Assembly (NCBI GenBank): GCA_903813345.2
Contig: CAIIXF020000001.1
Span: forward strand, 26,970,001 to 27,034,000
Direction: 5' to 3'
Source: Owenia fusiformis
Taxonomy: Eukaryota
DNA: 64,000 nt
Part shown: one piece after another, positions 1-12,100 of the stretch
Layout: the number at the start of each line of letters is the position of its first letter
How positions within the stretch are numbered: position 1 is the first letter of the stretch
The notes under the pieces: model-generated
What the model was told of the DNA's origin: nothing
Databases searched by the model: none
The model's input: only the letters and a program-made list of their open reading frames with translations
Position numbers and translations under genes: made by a program

Positions 1-410
1 TTGTATTGTATTGTACTATAGTACTAAGGTCTATTTTGATTATTCCCAGAATGAAATTAAATTTTATAGGTTAAATAGATATTTTAGTGAATACGTAATA
101 CACTTGTATAATATATGATGTTAAACTGTTTCATCCTGCTTAGGTTATCATAAGGTATTGTTGCTATTTACTCTGTTGTGATGTGATATGAAATATACAT
201 CATCAATATTGACCAATCAAATTGCCTATAAACTCATAGACATGGAATAAAGAATCCATATTACACACTTTCTTCTGGATCCGATTGTTTTGGATCTAAG
301 GAGTCATTTTCTGTATTTGATCATTGAATGGCTGGTAATATATAATTTCTATGTTATTCAGGAATTTTTCAGTAAAAGAAGATGTCTGTTATATACATAA
401 ATGTATTTAT

Positions 411-2270
411 TTATTTGCCTGTCCCGGTCTCTGAAGTACTACTTTGTTCATCATTTGTATCCTCCCTGCCACAGCGCAGCATCTTTTTATAGGCGGTTCT
501 CATCTGAGTATTCAATGTAACATATATGATAGGGTTCAGAGCGGGAGGTAGTCGAAATAGAGCTCCAGATATAATTTGAATTGTAGCTTTTGAGCCATCG
601 TCAGCCAAGACGCGTAACACCAGAGGTAAGATGTAACATATAAAGAATAGTCCACATATTGCAGCGGTTGTTCTTGTTAATATGTTATCTGTTTTTGCCT
701 GTTTTGTGTCCTTGCTGGACTTCTTCATAACGGTTACCTTGCTCTGTGACTTTCTGACCTTCACGAGGATGTGTATGTAGCAATATATCGCAACTGGGAT
801 AACTGGTGCCCCTAGTGCGATAAGGATCATATCAATTAGTGAATCGTTTCGTTCATTGACCATTGAACAACTGTAGAATGTTGCATCATAGTGGAATCGT
901 GGATCTAGAAATGACGGGAGGAGACACAGTATTGGTAAGGTCCACGCAAAAATCAACATCCCCGTATGGAGTGGTTTGCTGTGCATCCAAAGGCCTTTTG
1001 TTGGATGTACAACTTTCATGTATCGGGTTAATGCCACAAATAAAATGCACTCTGTGGCAGATATCAAAAACCATTGTTTTCCATAGAATTCAAATGTACA
1101 TGCTGCATCACCTGGGGAACTTGATGTCAACAGGATGAATACTTTAATCGGAACCATCATCGATACAAGTCCCAAGTCTGCTATTGCTTGATTGGCGATA
1201 AGAATGTAAGCAAATTGTGTCCGGAACTTTTCCTCATAGAAAACTATTGAAATCGTCATGACATTACCAAATACTGAAACAAATCAATGATGAATCAATA
1301 TTTAGTTATTTCTGAAAGAGATCAAAGATATGAAAATAATTGTTGTCAGAATTTAAAAAGAGGTGAGGCATTAATTTCTATAAATTAACATGAATCCTAA
1401 AGGATTGGTATCGATATGGCGAACTGAATTCAACTTCGTCTTTCTTTTAAACCAATTATTGAAAACATTATGTAAAAAACACGGTTCTTTATGTAATGGT
1501 CACTGATTGACAACAATTTAATATGAAAATTATTTATTATTTATGTATATGTATTTCATATAACTGTTTTTGTTAGAATTTTTTAATTTTTTAGTGCAAT
1601 TATTTTTTGTTCCCTACTAATTCTTGAGAATGAAATGAAACATCTATCCCAACCTCATTGGAATAAATAGACATTCGGTATACACACCATGTTTTGGTCT
1701 CTCAATATTGTAATGTTACAAAGGAAAGTTTCATTTCATAAAAAGTATTCAAAATATTTTTTTTTTAAAAATAGATAACATTTTATTTCAGATACTTTTA
1801 TGAACCAAACTTTCCTTTGCACAATTACAATATTGAGAGACCTAAACACATTGAAAATATGTAATTTTGTTCCAATGAGGTTGGGATAGATGTTCCATTT
1901 CATTCCGAACATTATGATACCAAGAACAAAAGAAGTGTCTGATGTGTCTTCTAAAACACAGTTGAATCACTTTCACAGTTGGGTCACCTGCCCTATGCCT
2001 GGCTATACTTGAATATGACCTTTTACATGTAGACTTACAAAATAATATTTTTTTACAAATAATATACACACACAAAGTAAAGTAAAAATAGTTAATAGAA
2101 ACAGATTCAAGGGTTGCTTTTGAATTAGAGGTGAATTAAAAGTAATTAAGATTTGAATGTAAAAAACAACTTAACTTACCACCAAGTAAAATCTCCACAA
2201 TATAAATAACTGAAATAGCGTAAAGCACAGAGGACGCCACAACTTCAGGTGTTTCTGTTAAGTTACTCAT
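411..2270 (-). CDS. Class A (rhodopsin-like) GPCR, melatonin/moody/Tre1-like; 2 coding exons, ~317 aa
   Basis: Exons 2270-2180 (MSNLTETPEVVASSVLYAISVIYIVEILLG, donor GTAAGT at 2179) and 1273-411 (acceptor TTTCAG). The join restores TM1 LLGVFGNV. Other motifs: TM2 NQAIADL, TM3 ALTRY (DRY variant), ECL2 HYDATFYSC (cf. melatonin receptor YDPRIYSC), TM7 NPIIY. Confidence 0.9.
1407..1957 (-). mobile_element. Partial copy of the GGTATCGATATGG-TIR MITE, in the GPCR intron
   Basis: Starts GGTATCGATATGGCGAAC and is the reverse complement of ~3330-3897 (e.g. 1921-1957 vs 3330-3367). It has internal inverted repeats (~1626-1730 vs ~1805-1910). Confidence 0.75.
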
Positions 2271-3182
2271 TTTGATTTTCTTCTCGATCTGATACTTCTT
2301 TTTTGCTTATTTAGTATTGCTCATCTGCTTCATTTGTTATTCATTACTTGTATTGTTCTGTTGATTGAATTCAATTGTCATGCTATCCTGGTAATTATTT
2401 TTTGTAATAGTTCTTTTTGCTACCTTGCGTCTAATTAATGATGCTATTACTGTAGCAAGGATCTTATTGAGATACTAAATGGATTATACCTCATCTTGAT
2501 TGGTACATTGATCTTTAATATCTGGGCTGTTGTGATATGGTTGTCATAGCTTCAATACCGACACCTTGAAAGTTTCCAGTATTCTAACACTAATGGCATC
2601 TTTGTTTGTTCCAGTGGCTAACTGACCAAGAACTTTATTGATTGGATATGACGGCATTGAATATCAATCATTGTTTTATTTCAGTATGTTGTTTTAAGTG
2701 TGGCTAATTTCAAGTGACAGTTTTGTCCGTGATTTCTATGTATATAATAGGAGCATAATGTGTATAGTGTGATAATTGAAATTTGCCGCCTGTTAACAAT
2801 AGCTGCTTCATTAATAGTTGAACCTTATGCAATGCCACATCTGCCTTATTAAAGAGTTTTAATGGAATAATTGGCACAATATCTAAAATAAAATTAATGT
2901 GGGTTTAGTTCTTTGTACTTCAAATAAATTATGAAAATATGTAGTTTGTTTTCGTTCTTGAACTAGAATGAACTTTTTTTCAGATTTTCTTGGAAAAGGA
3001 TATACAGTGTACTGATAAATAACAAAATGTGTGAAAATTGGTATAAACTTAAGACAAATATAGGGTCACATGACACGGGGCAGTCAATTTTGACTGCTAC
3101 ATGTAATGGTCACGTGACTAACACAATGCAGGAAAATGGGGAATTTCGAAACTACAATTTTTGGGCATTTTTGTAAAGGAGT

Positions 3183-3897
3183 GGTATCGATATGGTGAAC
3201 ATTTTGAACACACATTTTTCTTAAACCAGTCATCAAATAATTCTGAAAAATTTACACATCGATTTGATGGTCATCTTTTGGATGGTAACATTATAATTTG
3301 AAATATATATAATACACTTTTCTCTATATTGTTTTAGAAAAAACACATCAGACACTTCTTTTGTTCTTGGTACCATATGTTCGGAATGAAATGAAACATC
3401 TATCCGAACCTTATTGGAACAAAACAACATAAACACAACATGTTTAGGTCTATCAATATTGTAATTGTATAAAGGAAAGTTTGGTTGATTTTAAAAACTA
3501 TCTTATTAATGAAATGAAAGGTTTATATTAATTTTTTAACTATTTTGGGGAGTTTTGTTTTAATTTCTTTGCATACTTTTTGTATTCCAAAATTTCCTTT
3601 GTATAACTATAATATTGAGAGGTCTAAAAAATGTTGTATATGTTACTCTGTTCCAACAAGATTCGGAAAGACATTTTATTTCATTCTGAGGAATTGGTAG
3701 AAAGGAACAAAAAACAATTGCACTAAAAAACAAAAAACGTTAACAGAAACAGTTATATAAAATATATATAAATAATTTTGCATTAAATTGTTGTCAATCA
3801 GTTAACATTACATAAAGGATCATGTTTTTTAAAGAATGTTTTCAGTTATTGGTTTAAGAGAAAAACATTATTGAATATAGTTCTCCATATCGATACC
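3183..3897 (+). mobile_element. Non-autonomous TIR element (MITE), superfamily unassigned
   Basis: Left end GGTATCGATATGGTGAAC, right end GTTCTCCATATCGATACC. No clear TSD. Confidence 0.75.
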
Positions 3898-4098
3898 TAT
3901 TTTTTCAGGTATTTATAAAGTGGTATAAAATATAATCCACAGACATAAATGAACATCCAAACTACATATTTTATTAAGTAATGGGGCGATTTTAGCTCTT
4001 AATTTTACATCTTTAAACATTTTCTAAAACCCAGTGCTCTAGCTGATTGCGCCTTGCGGCTTTTGATAAACTAGATGAAATTTGTCAATTCAAGAAGT

Positions 4099-5237
4099 AT
4101 TGATGTTTTATTCAGTTTTTGTTGTTTTTTGTCATTAGAGATGTGCGAAATGACTGTGCAATGAACACTGAAGTTCTACCTTAATGGACACATTAAAGTA
4201 GAACTCATTATGAAAATGTTGGGCTGTCATTTTTTCATTGGGAGGAAACCAATGTTATTGATTATAGATATTAAAATATTATGTTTCATTTGATCTGACA
4301 TCATTATCCAATGACACTTGTATTCACCTTGGCCTTTTGCAAAGCCCAAAGATCAATAATTTATACTGGTCTGACTGGGCATATATAAAATAATATGTTT
4401 AGTGACGTAAGTGTAGACAAATGCAATGCATGAACTACAGAGTGCTGTTGATTTTTGAGTCAACCTCATACATTGTATTGTATTGCATTAAATTGCATTG
4501 TATTATATTGCATTGCATTGCATTGTATGATGTTGTATTATATTATGATGTCGCAACCATGAAAGGATCGCTATTAAACCAAACTGTAAGTGCTTATGCA
4601 GGTTAGAATATAAACCTTGTAAACTGTTTCTGGTTGTATTTCAATATGTTTAATGATATTGCACAAAATATTTTGCTTAGTATGAAAAGAATTGGAAGCT
4701 AGTTTTTGAAATTGGGCTTAAATCCTTTAATAATTGATTAAAATTCATAAAAAGATGGACAATTAAAGACCATGTGTTTCTGCATGTCCAATTACCAACT
4801 TGTGGAATAATGAAATTGTTTATGTGAGGGGAGGGTGGTTAATGATGGTTTCGTTAGTGAATAGTGTTGATTCTTTTTTTATTTAAAATTTTAAAATTTA
4901 GATGAGGGGAGAGTGAGGATCAACCTTACAAAATTAACTTTTTATTTTAAATTTTTTTTTATTTCAAAGAAAAAACATGTTAAAGCAATTGCAAAAAACA
5001 ATTACAATACAGTTTCGATAGAAACGAAATTAACTTCATTCTTTTATAATTCTTGATAATTCGACACCATCATAGTTCTACCAGAGACTTCCTCTAACAT
5101 TGATGTTTTATTCAGTTTTTGTTTTTTGGCATTAGAGATGTGCGAAATGACTGCACAATGAGCACTGAAGTTCTACCTAATGGACACATTAAGGTAGAAC
5201 TCATTATGAAAATGTTGGGCTGTCATTTTTTTTCATT
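4099..5237 (+). repeat. Two ~140-bp direct repeats (4099-4238, 5099-5237), each containing a hairpin
   Basis: Near-identical blocks ATTGATGTTTTATTCAG...GGGCTGTCATTTTTTCATT, 1 kb apart. Confidence 0.85.
4471..4545 (+). repeat. (ATTGY)n pentanucleotide microsatellite
   Basis: cattgtattgtattgcattaaattgcattgtattatattgcattgcattgcattgt. Confidence 0.7.
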
Positions 5238-5296
5238 CTGATCTATTTCAAACTTGAGATAGAAATTTTAAATATTCAGTTTTGCCATAGCATTAA

Positions 5297-5769
5297 AGGT
5301 GCAATAGCTGGAAGTCGGAAATAATTCCTAAGAAAAACTACAAAATAAATTGTTGGTGCCTCAAACCTGCCCCGAAGAATGGCTACGACCTGAACTTACT
5401 TTTGTAAAATACCGGAGCCTGAAAAAAATCACTCACCTAGACATCGACGAAAGAAGTTTCAGTTTCGTTCGACTGCGAAATTGAGCAAAATTGAAGCTGA
5501 GCTAAACGGTTTTGGTTTGACGTAAAATTGACCTCATTTAACTACGCCATCTGGCAAATGAATCATTGTTTTTGTGTCATATGATTCGTTGTTTTGTGTC
5601 ACGTGACCTACCTTTAGACCTTTTGCCACCTATCGTAAATTAATCTAATTAAAATAAAATGAGACACATTGGAACTTTGGATTAATAGCCATTCAACCAA
5701 GCCACAAAAAGTATGTATATTAGTTGTTCAACATGTTCAATTGTATTAATATTTCCGGGCACTCAACCT
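5297..5769. mobile_element. Kolobok-like MITE (TTAA TSD, AG..CT termini)
   Basis: TTAA|AGGTGCAATAGCTGGAA ... TTCCGGGCACTCAACCT|TTAA; the TIR is degenerate beyond the terminal bases. Confidence 0.55.
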
Positions 5770-6959
5770 TTAAATCGAACTGTTCTGAAATTATCTAATT
5801 ATGTACTCTTTGGGAATAAAAAGTGCTTAACTAATCTTAATATTTTTGGCATTTGCCCTATTAGACCATATATTGACTTGGAGTAGAAACATGTGTACAT
5901 ATTGAGAGCATATTTACATATGTATGGACATGTATGCTCAGTGACTCCTATTTATGTCCTATTTTGGAGTTAATTACACATTAACTAATGCATTATGGAA
6001 AATTGATAGGTAATCCTTGGTGAAATTGACCAATTAAGACAACAATTTTCTTTCTTATTGGAAACCGGAGCTTTCTGTTTCCCTAACATTGGTTTTCTGG
6101 ATCGGTGTTCAAATAGTGTCACTCAGCATCTAACAGCCTCTTAGTAGTACATGTGTGTTGTATTTATAGTTTAATTGCATTTGATAAGAAGGAATATCCA
6201 ATATGGCCCTTGATTGAAAATGGCTACCATTTCTCATAAAATATATTCTTTGATAACTCAAATACCAGTTGCCTGATTGTTTCTATCATGAAATGTTCAA
6301 AATGATGAGTGATTTGAAGTGTGATTTGTTTGTTGGGAGTTGCTGCTTTTCTAGCTGGACTTAGTTACTTAGTATTGGTAATTCTATACCTCAGGATGTT
6401 ATTACATTAGCTATTGTTGCTATTATTCATGTCCATGTTGCATCACATACTTAACTCTCAATACTTATTGATGAATTTAGGAACTTGTGACTATTAAGGG
6501 CCACAGAAGTATAACACAGTTCAAGTTTGATTACACTCACAATGGCAGAGCTTGGCTATGATTGGTTTGATTCAACTAATAATCTACATTTATAAAACAT
6601 GATTTAATACAAAATATAATGAATATTAACATTCAATTCAAATCACTTAAGTATGTGGCATGTCACTATCATCAAAATGTATTTCTTTTTGATTTAACTT
6701 TAGCTTTTCTTTTTTATTTAATTTTAATAAAAAGTGGTGTTTTATGTAATTTTTGGGTAAATTCTTCTTTTTTTCTTTATTAAATTTCATTACGATAATT
6801 GATATATTCAAATTCTGTTATTTTACTTAAGCCTGTGACATGTGTTGCTATCAATGATATTTAATGTGCTATATTTTGATGACAATATAACTGGTTATCA
6901 TGACCATGCGATATATATTGAAAATATTGCTTATATTTTTAACCCAAAATACAGCACAT

Positions 6960-7460
6960 AGAGTGTATCAATATCCCAGATGCGAGTAGAAATAATCTTG
7001 ATTTACGTCATTAAAAATTCACAATTCAGTCAAACTGATGTCATATTTGGAATCTACATGTAAAATTACAATTAGAAATGTGGTTTTGAAAAGAGTTTAA
7101 CAACTTTGAAAATTTAATTTTCTTTGAAAATGTGACTTCTATGTCGGGGAGATTCCATGTTGTAAAACCACAAAAAGTGTGTCGGGGAGATTCCCCATAG
7201 ACTCCATGTTGTAAAACCACAAAAAGTGAAATATCTTTTCTTGTGTTGGGCAGATAATATTTTCTTTTACTGGACATATTTTAATTTGTATAACTGTCAG
7301 ATACATAAAGGTAATATGAAAAGTGAACCACTAAAATTGATGCATATTCAAGTTTAAGGGAATTTTGTAATACCCTGCCATGTTAATTCCCCCGAATCAG
7401 CCACCTGGTGACGAAACTGGTAACTACCTACTCGCATCTGAGTAATTACATTGATACTTT
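6960..7460. mobile_element. Inverted-repeat-bounded element with an internal tandem duplication
   Basis: CAGATGCGAGTAG (6977) vs CTACTCGCATCTG (7428); internal repeat GTCGGGGAGATTCC/CATGTTGTAAAACCACAAAAAGTG at 7143-7228. Confidence 0.5.
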
Positions 7461-9120
7461 TTAATCTATATAAAAAATAAGTTTGCGCTCAGTCGCCAAA
7501 AAGAAGATGTTAGATATGATATTACCCATGAAATGAAATACTTTTACCATGCATATATGATTTATCTAATTTTTGTATCCTCCAACACACAGCTTTAATC
7601 AACATTGTTGATATGATGCATCATTTGTTGAAAGCTTCACCAGAAGATGTGCTTAAGGAATACCCTACAACAAAGAAAACATCAGACAAAATATTGTTTT
7701 CATTTTTGTGGTGAATGTTGGTTGTGCTATCTTGTATATTGTATTCTCCAAACATTTAGATTTCAGATATGCAGATATCTGATTTCAAATTATTATTTTG
7801 AGAAATGAAACTAATCCAATGTAGTATTTAAATGATTGTTAGAAATATTCTCAATTATAAATAATTTGTTAGTGAATTGCATGTGTTAAGCATGTGTTGG
7901 AGGATACAAATCATTTGGATATAATAAAACACATTCTATTTTATCAGAAAGAAAGATCAAACAATCCCCTTTTTGGGAGCTGCTCGCAAAAATACTTTAT
8001 TAACATGTTGGGAATTATCAAAGGACTTGATATATTTTATGGTATGCTGTCCAAGTTTACTTAAGCTAGTGACTCTTGTCCACAACTTAAATTTTTAGCT
8101 CCAGATCTTGTGCGGATACTTTTGTGTCCAGAAGAACACAGAGCTAGGATTCAAAACTACAAAATATGGTATTTCACATAAATATTTAAGCCCTGGGTGT
8201 CAAATGGAAAAGATCAAAAAACATGACACAACAAGAATGAAGAACACATTAAGTGAACACATGAATAAACAACAAAGACAACAAAATCTGATTCAACAGA
8301 CTTTCTAATATAATACTGATTATGTGAGATGTCTGTTGAAACATGATCATATCTTTGAACTCAAATCTCAAATATTTGCAATAGGCTACACATAAATATT
8401 ATAAGAAGACATTGAAACCTCAGAACTATAAAATGTTGGTGCCTTCAAGCTTGTTTCAATATGCTTATTTAAGATGTTGCTGGAATGAAGAACATATATG
8501 TTTGTTTAACTAGTCCATTTATAGAGGAAATGTGCCTTCAAAGTGCCATTACTAAAAGCTTATACATGTACAGAACTGTAACCTTAGGGAGAATTGGATC
8601 TATAGGGAGTGACAAAATTTCAAGCAATTTGTACAGTTGACCTACCAATTTATGCCTTACAATCTCAAGTACAGTATAATATCTTCGGGCAAAGTGCAAA
8701 AATGAGGGGAAAATACTTAAATTCCAAAATGCATTTAATGGAAATGGTAAACATTAAGATAGAAAAATAAATGCATGATTGTAAAAATCTTTAGTTTTAC
8801 TTAAATAAAGTTTATGCACTTTGTGGAGTTTTAGAAAATAGACATGGCAAAGAATGATATGAACCAAAAATATATGTTTGCCATCTCATTTAGTCTACTT
8901 ATCAATATGATAGAGGAAACTTAGCGTCTTTGAAGTGTCATTGTTCAAAGCTCAGCTCATCCTTGTGTCTAATCCAGTATTTTATCAAATGAGAATCTCA
9001 CTATGTCAAATAATAGCTCCTCTTAATTGCGCCCCCCCCCACCCCATCCAACTCTAGGGTTATGTGTACACTAAGCACAACGTGATAACAAACATAAAAC
9101 CCAATTTTTTGTATTTTCAG

Positions 9121-12100
9121 TGCTGCGGTGAGGAAAGTAATTAACAACATTAAGATTGTTATCCTAAAAAGTAGAGATACAGGACTAAGAGCAGTTAGTG
9201 TAGAAAATGTAGCCAACTGGTTGATGAAAGTAGCCCAGGACTTGATTGATGAAACATTATCCAAAACAGATGGTAGCAGTCCCAGTAGGGTACGGTTTCC
9301 ACTATTTTATCTTTATGTCTTTAATATTTTATTTATGATGCCATACAGGTCAAGGTGATAATTAATTAGGACTCGAATTCACAGAATAAAAGTTCAATTA
9401 TCACTTATATCTTTTCCTATTTATTTAAATAGTATTACATTTATGTAACAAAAAGCAAAATCTATAAGAATTGGCACTTATTTTTGTTGATTTGTCCATT
9501 GCAATCCTGATCATTGAATATTTTCCATAGGATCAATGTCAAGGTCAATTAACATAATATCGGAAGAATGGTCAATGTTTATGTAATGCTTTTTCTGAGA
9601 CTGTAGTTTTATGTACAGACTATTAAATGACTATCATTGAATTGTTGAATTGCTTGAGCATACATTGAATGATTAAAATAAATAGATAAAAAAGAAGAAC
9701 TTGATACATTTAAAGAGAAAACTTAATCAACAATCAATACTGGATGTTTACTATATATAAACATTTACATACTACCACAATAACAATGTCAAGACAAACA
9801 TGGGACATGAACCTATATATTCTCAATATATCTATGATATATAAAGCATATCATTTCATCAATTTTTTTATTTTCTATTACAAAACATTTTTGTAGCTTT
9901 TAATGTGGATTTTGATTTAGGATTTATTTATTAATGGAAATGCAATACTACAAGACAATTCGTTTCATATATGATTTTTATTACACTTTTAGTGCTGATA
10001 TTGTAATGTACGAATATGAGATGAAAAAAGATCTGATTAGGTTTTGGACATGCTGGTTAAAATACATGGCAGCCATGTCCAATTTTTTGATGAAAAGTGC
10101 AACATATATCACTATGTGACTTGTTTGATTACACCTGTCACCTGTTGGTTGAAAATGAAACTTTCCTTGAAAATTCATCGTATCTTATGTATATTTGCAG
10201 GCTGTTAGTGAGGGAGGGAGTACAGTTGGAAGAAAAACTCTCAACATTCTTCGCTTTATCATCAATCAAGCATCCTCCCAGCCAGATACTTCCAACCATG
10301 TTAGCCTTCTAACTGATCACTTCTCAAGCCAGAAAACTCCAGTGCGTTTCCCATCTCTCATGTCAAAATTCAGGTGAGTTGTGAATATTTTGTTGATAGG
10401 TTGAAGTTGAACAACATTATATGCCAGGGTGTATTTAACAAGTTTTAACAATTATATGGAAGTAAATAATTGGTGTTTTTAGTATTTTTGAAATTATGAT
10501 AATTCATGGGTCTTGAGCAGTTGAGTTAGTTTGTTCTATAACCAGTGGGACCCTTGGCAATATGCCTGAGTATTGTAACTCGTGGGATTTTGGGAATTGA
10601 GTAATTTGCATGATTTTCAGTCTGAGATCGAATAAGATTCGCGATTTTTTTATCAAACATTAAACAAGAAAAATCTTACCATTGCATGTCGTACAGTTAT
10701 TTTTTAGTCCTGTTTTGAATATTGTTCACCCCACAATGGCCTAGGTACCTTATCTACCAATTCAGAGCAGATACTTACGATGTTATAGAGGGACATGGGG
10801 TATAAATAGGAGGCAGACAAATGGAACAGCCAAAATAATTGTATTTTTGATATTTTCACAAATCTGGTCAATTTTCTCATATTTTTTATTGATTGAGAAG
10901 ATGTATTGGTTCCAATTTTGTTATGTGTATATTTCAATGTTTTTAAGTTTATATTCTGCAGTTAGATTTCAACTTCATCATTTAGTTGGATTGTGATAGG
11001 ACATTTTAAAACACTGATAACATTTTTCAAATTTAAAAGTCCTCAAGATTAGCCAATCAAAATCAAGTATTTAGCAATGCTGTTAATTAAACTTACTAAT
11101 CCTGACTATCTGTGCCATGTTAAAGTGTGGATGTAACCTGATATTTTAATGAGAGTTACTAGCAACTTTCAAACCGGCCTTCAAGAGTATATTTGCTTCT
11201 CTCAGCATCAATAATTTTGAGTTTCACTGACATGGCAGTTTTTTTCATTTCTGGTTCTACGGACTGAACAAATAAAAAACTAAAAAGTAAACTCAAAAAT
11301 ATTTCGTTTAAATTAGAATACAAATTCGTGAATCTCAGACTCGTGAAATAATTCACGAAATCTTAACTCCTTATTGAGACGAATTCTATTATTCTTTGGC
11401 GAGCTGATTTGATGACTACATGAGTGCTTATCTACACCACTAATTATAGGGGACCTTATGGGGATGATTTACTGTAATGGCATACATATCCACACTTAGA
11501 AATTATTACCTGTTTTATAATTTCTCCATTTTGTGAAGGTTATGAAAATGAACCCATTAAGAACCTATTAGACATGGACTCAGTATGATAGAATTTGACA
11601 AAAGAGACAATTTGTGTGAAAAATTAATGAATATTGTAATATTATTTCCATCAATGCAACAATTCAGTTGGTATATCCCAGTCCTTTAATAAAATATCTT
11701 AAATTATTCATGAGTTTCAAATCAGGTTTTTCCATTAATGCAACACTTCTAAATTACTTCCTCTTTGTAATCAGTCACATACGAATTATTTTGTATTGTC
11801 ACAATAAAATCAGGCCTCTGAAAGTACTTGTACATTCTATGTATTATGTCCCCTTGTATGCACACTTTGAAGGAATTTGGAGAACCATTTATACTGGATT
11901 TATCCTTGGTCCCACACTAAATAATGCACTAAATAATACAGTGCACATATAGAGAAAACTGCAAATGAACATGTTGATTTATAGTGTAAACTAGCCTAAC
12001 TGTTTCACTTTTACTGCATGGCAGTGATCCAAAATAAACAAAAAACTGAAGATAGTGATTGGGTATAATATCTTTTTACGTATCGAAAATGTGAATGAAC

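Noticed and set aside
411..2270. GPCR as an opsin
   Set aside because: There is no lysine at the K296-equivalent position.
4099..5237. Direct repeats as LTRs of a TRIM
   Set aside because: No TSD, primer-binding site or polypurine tract was seen.
5297..5769. CpG-richer stretch with GGAAGT and GTCACGTGAC as the PARPBP promoter
   Set aside because: It lies within TTAA-flanked inverted termini (Kolobok-like), and no PARPBP N-terminal exons follow it.
8100..8500. Possible decayed LINE fragment or PARPBP exon
   Set aside because: No long open frame and no recognisable motif.
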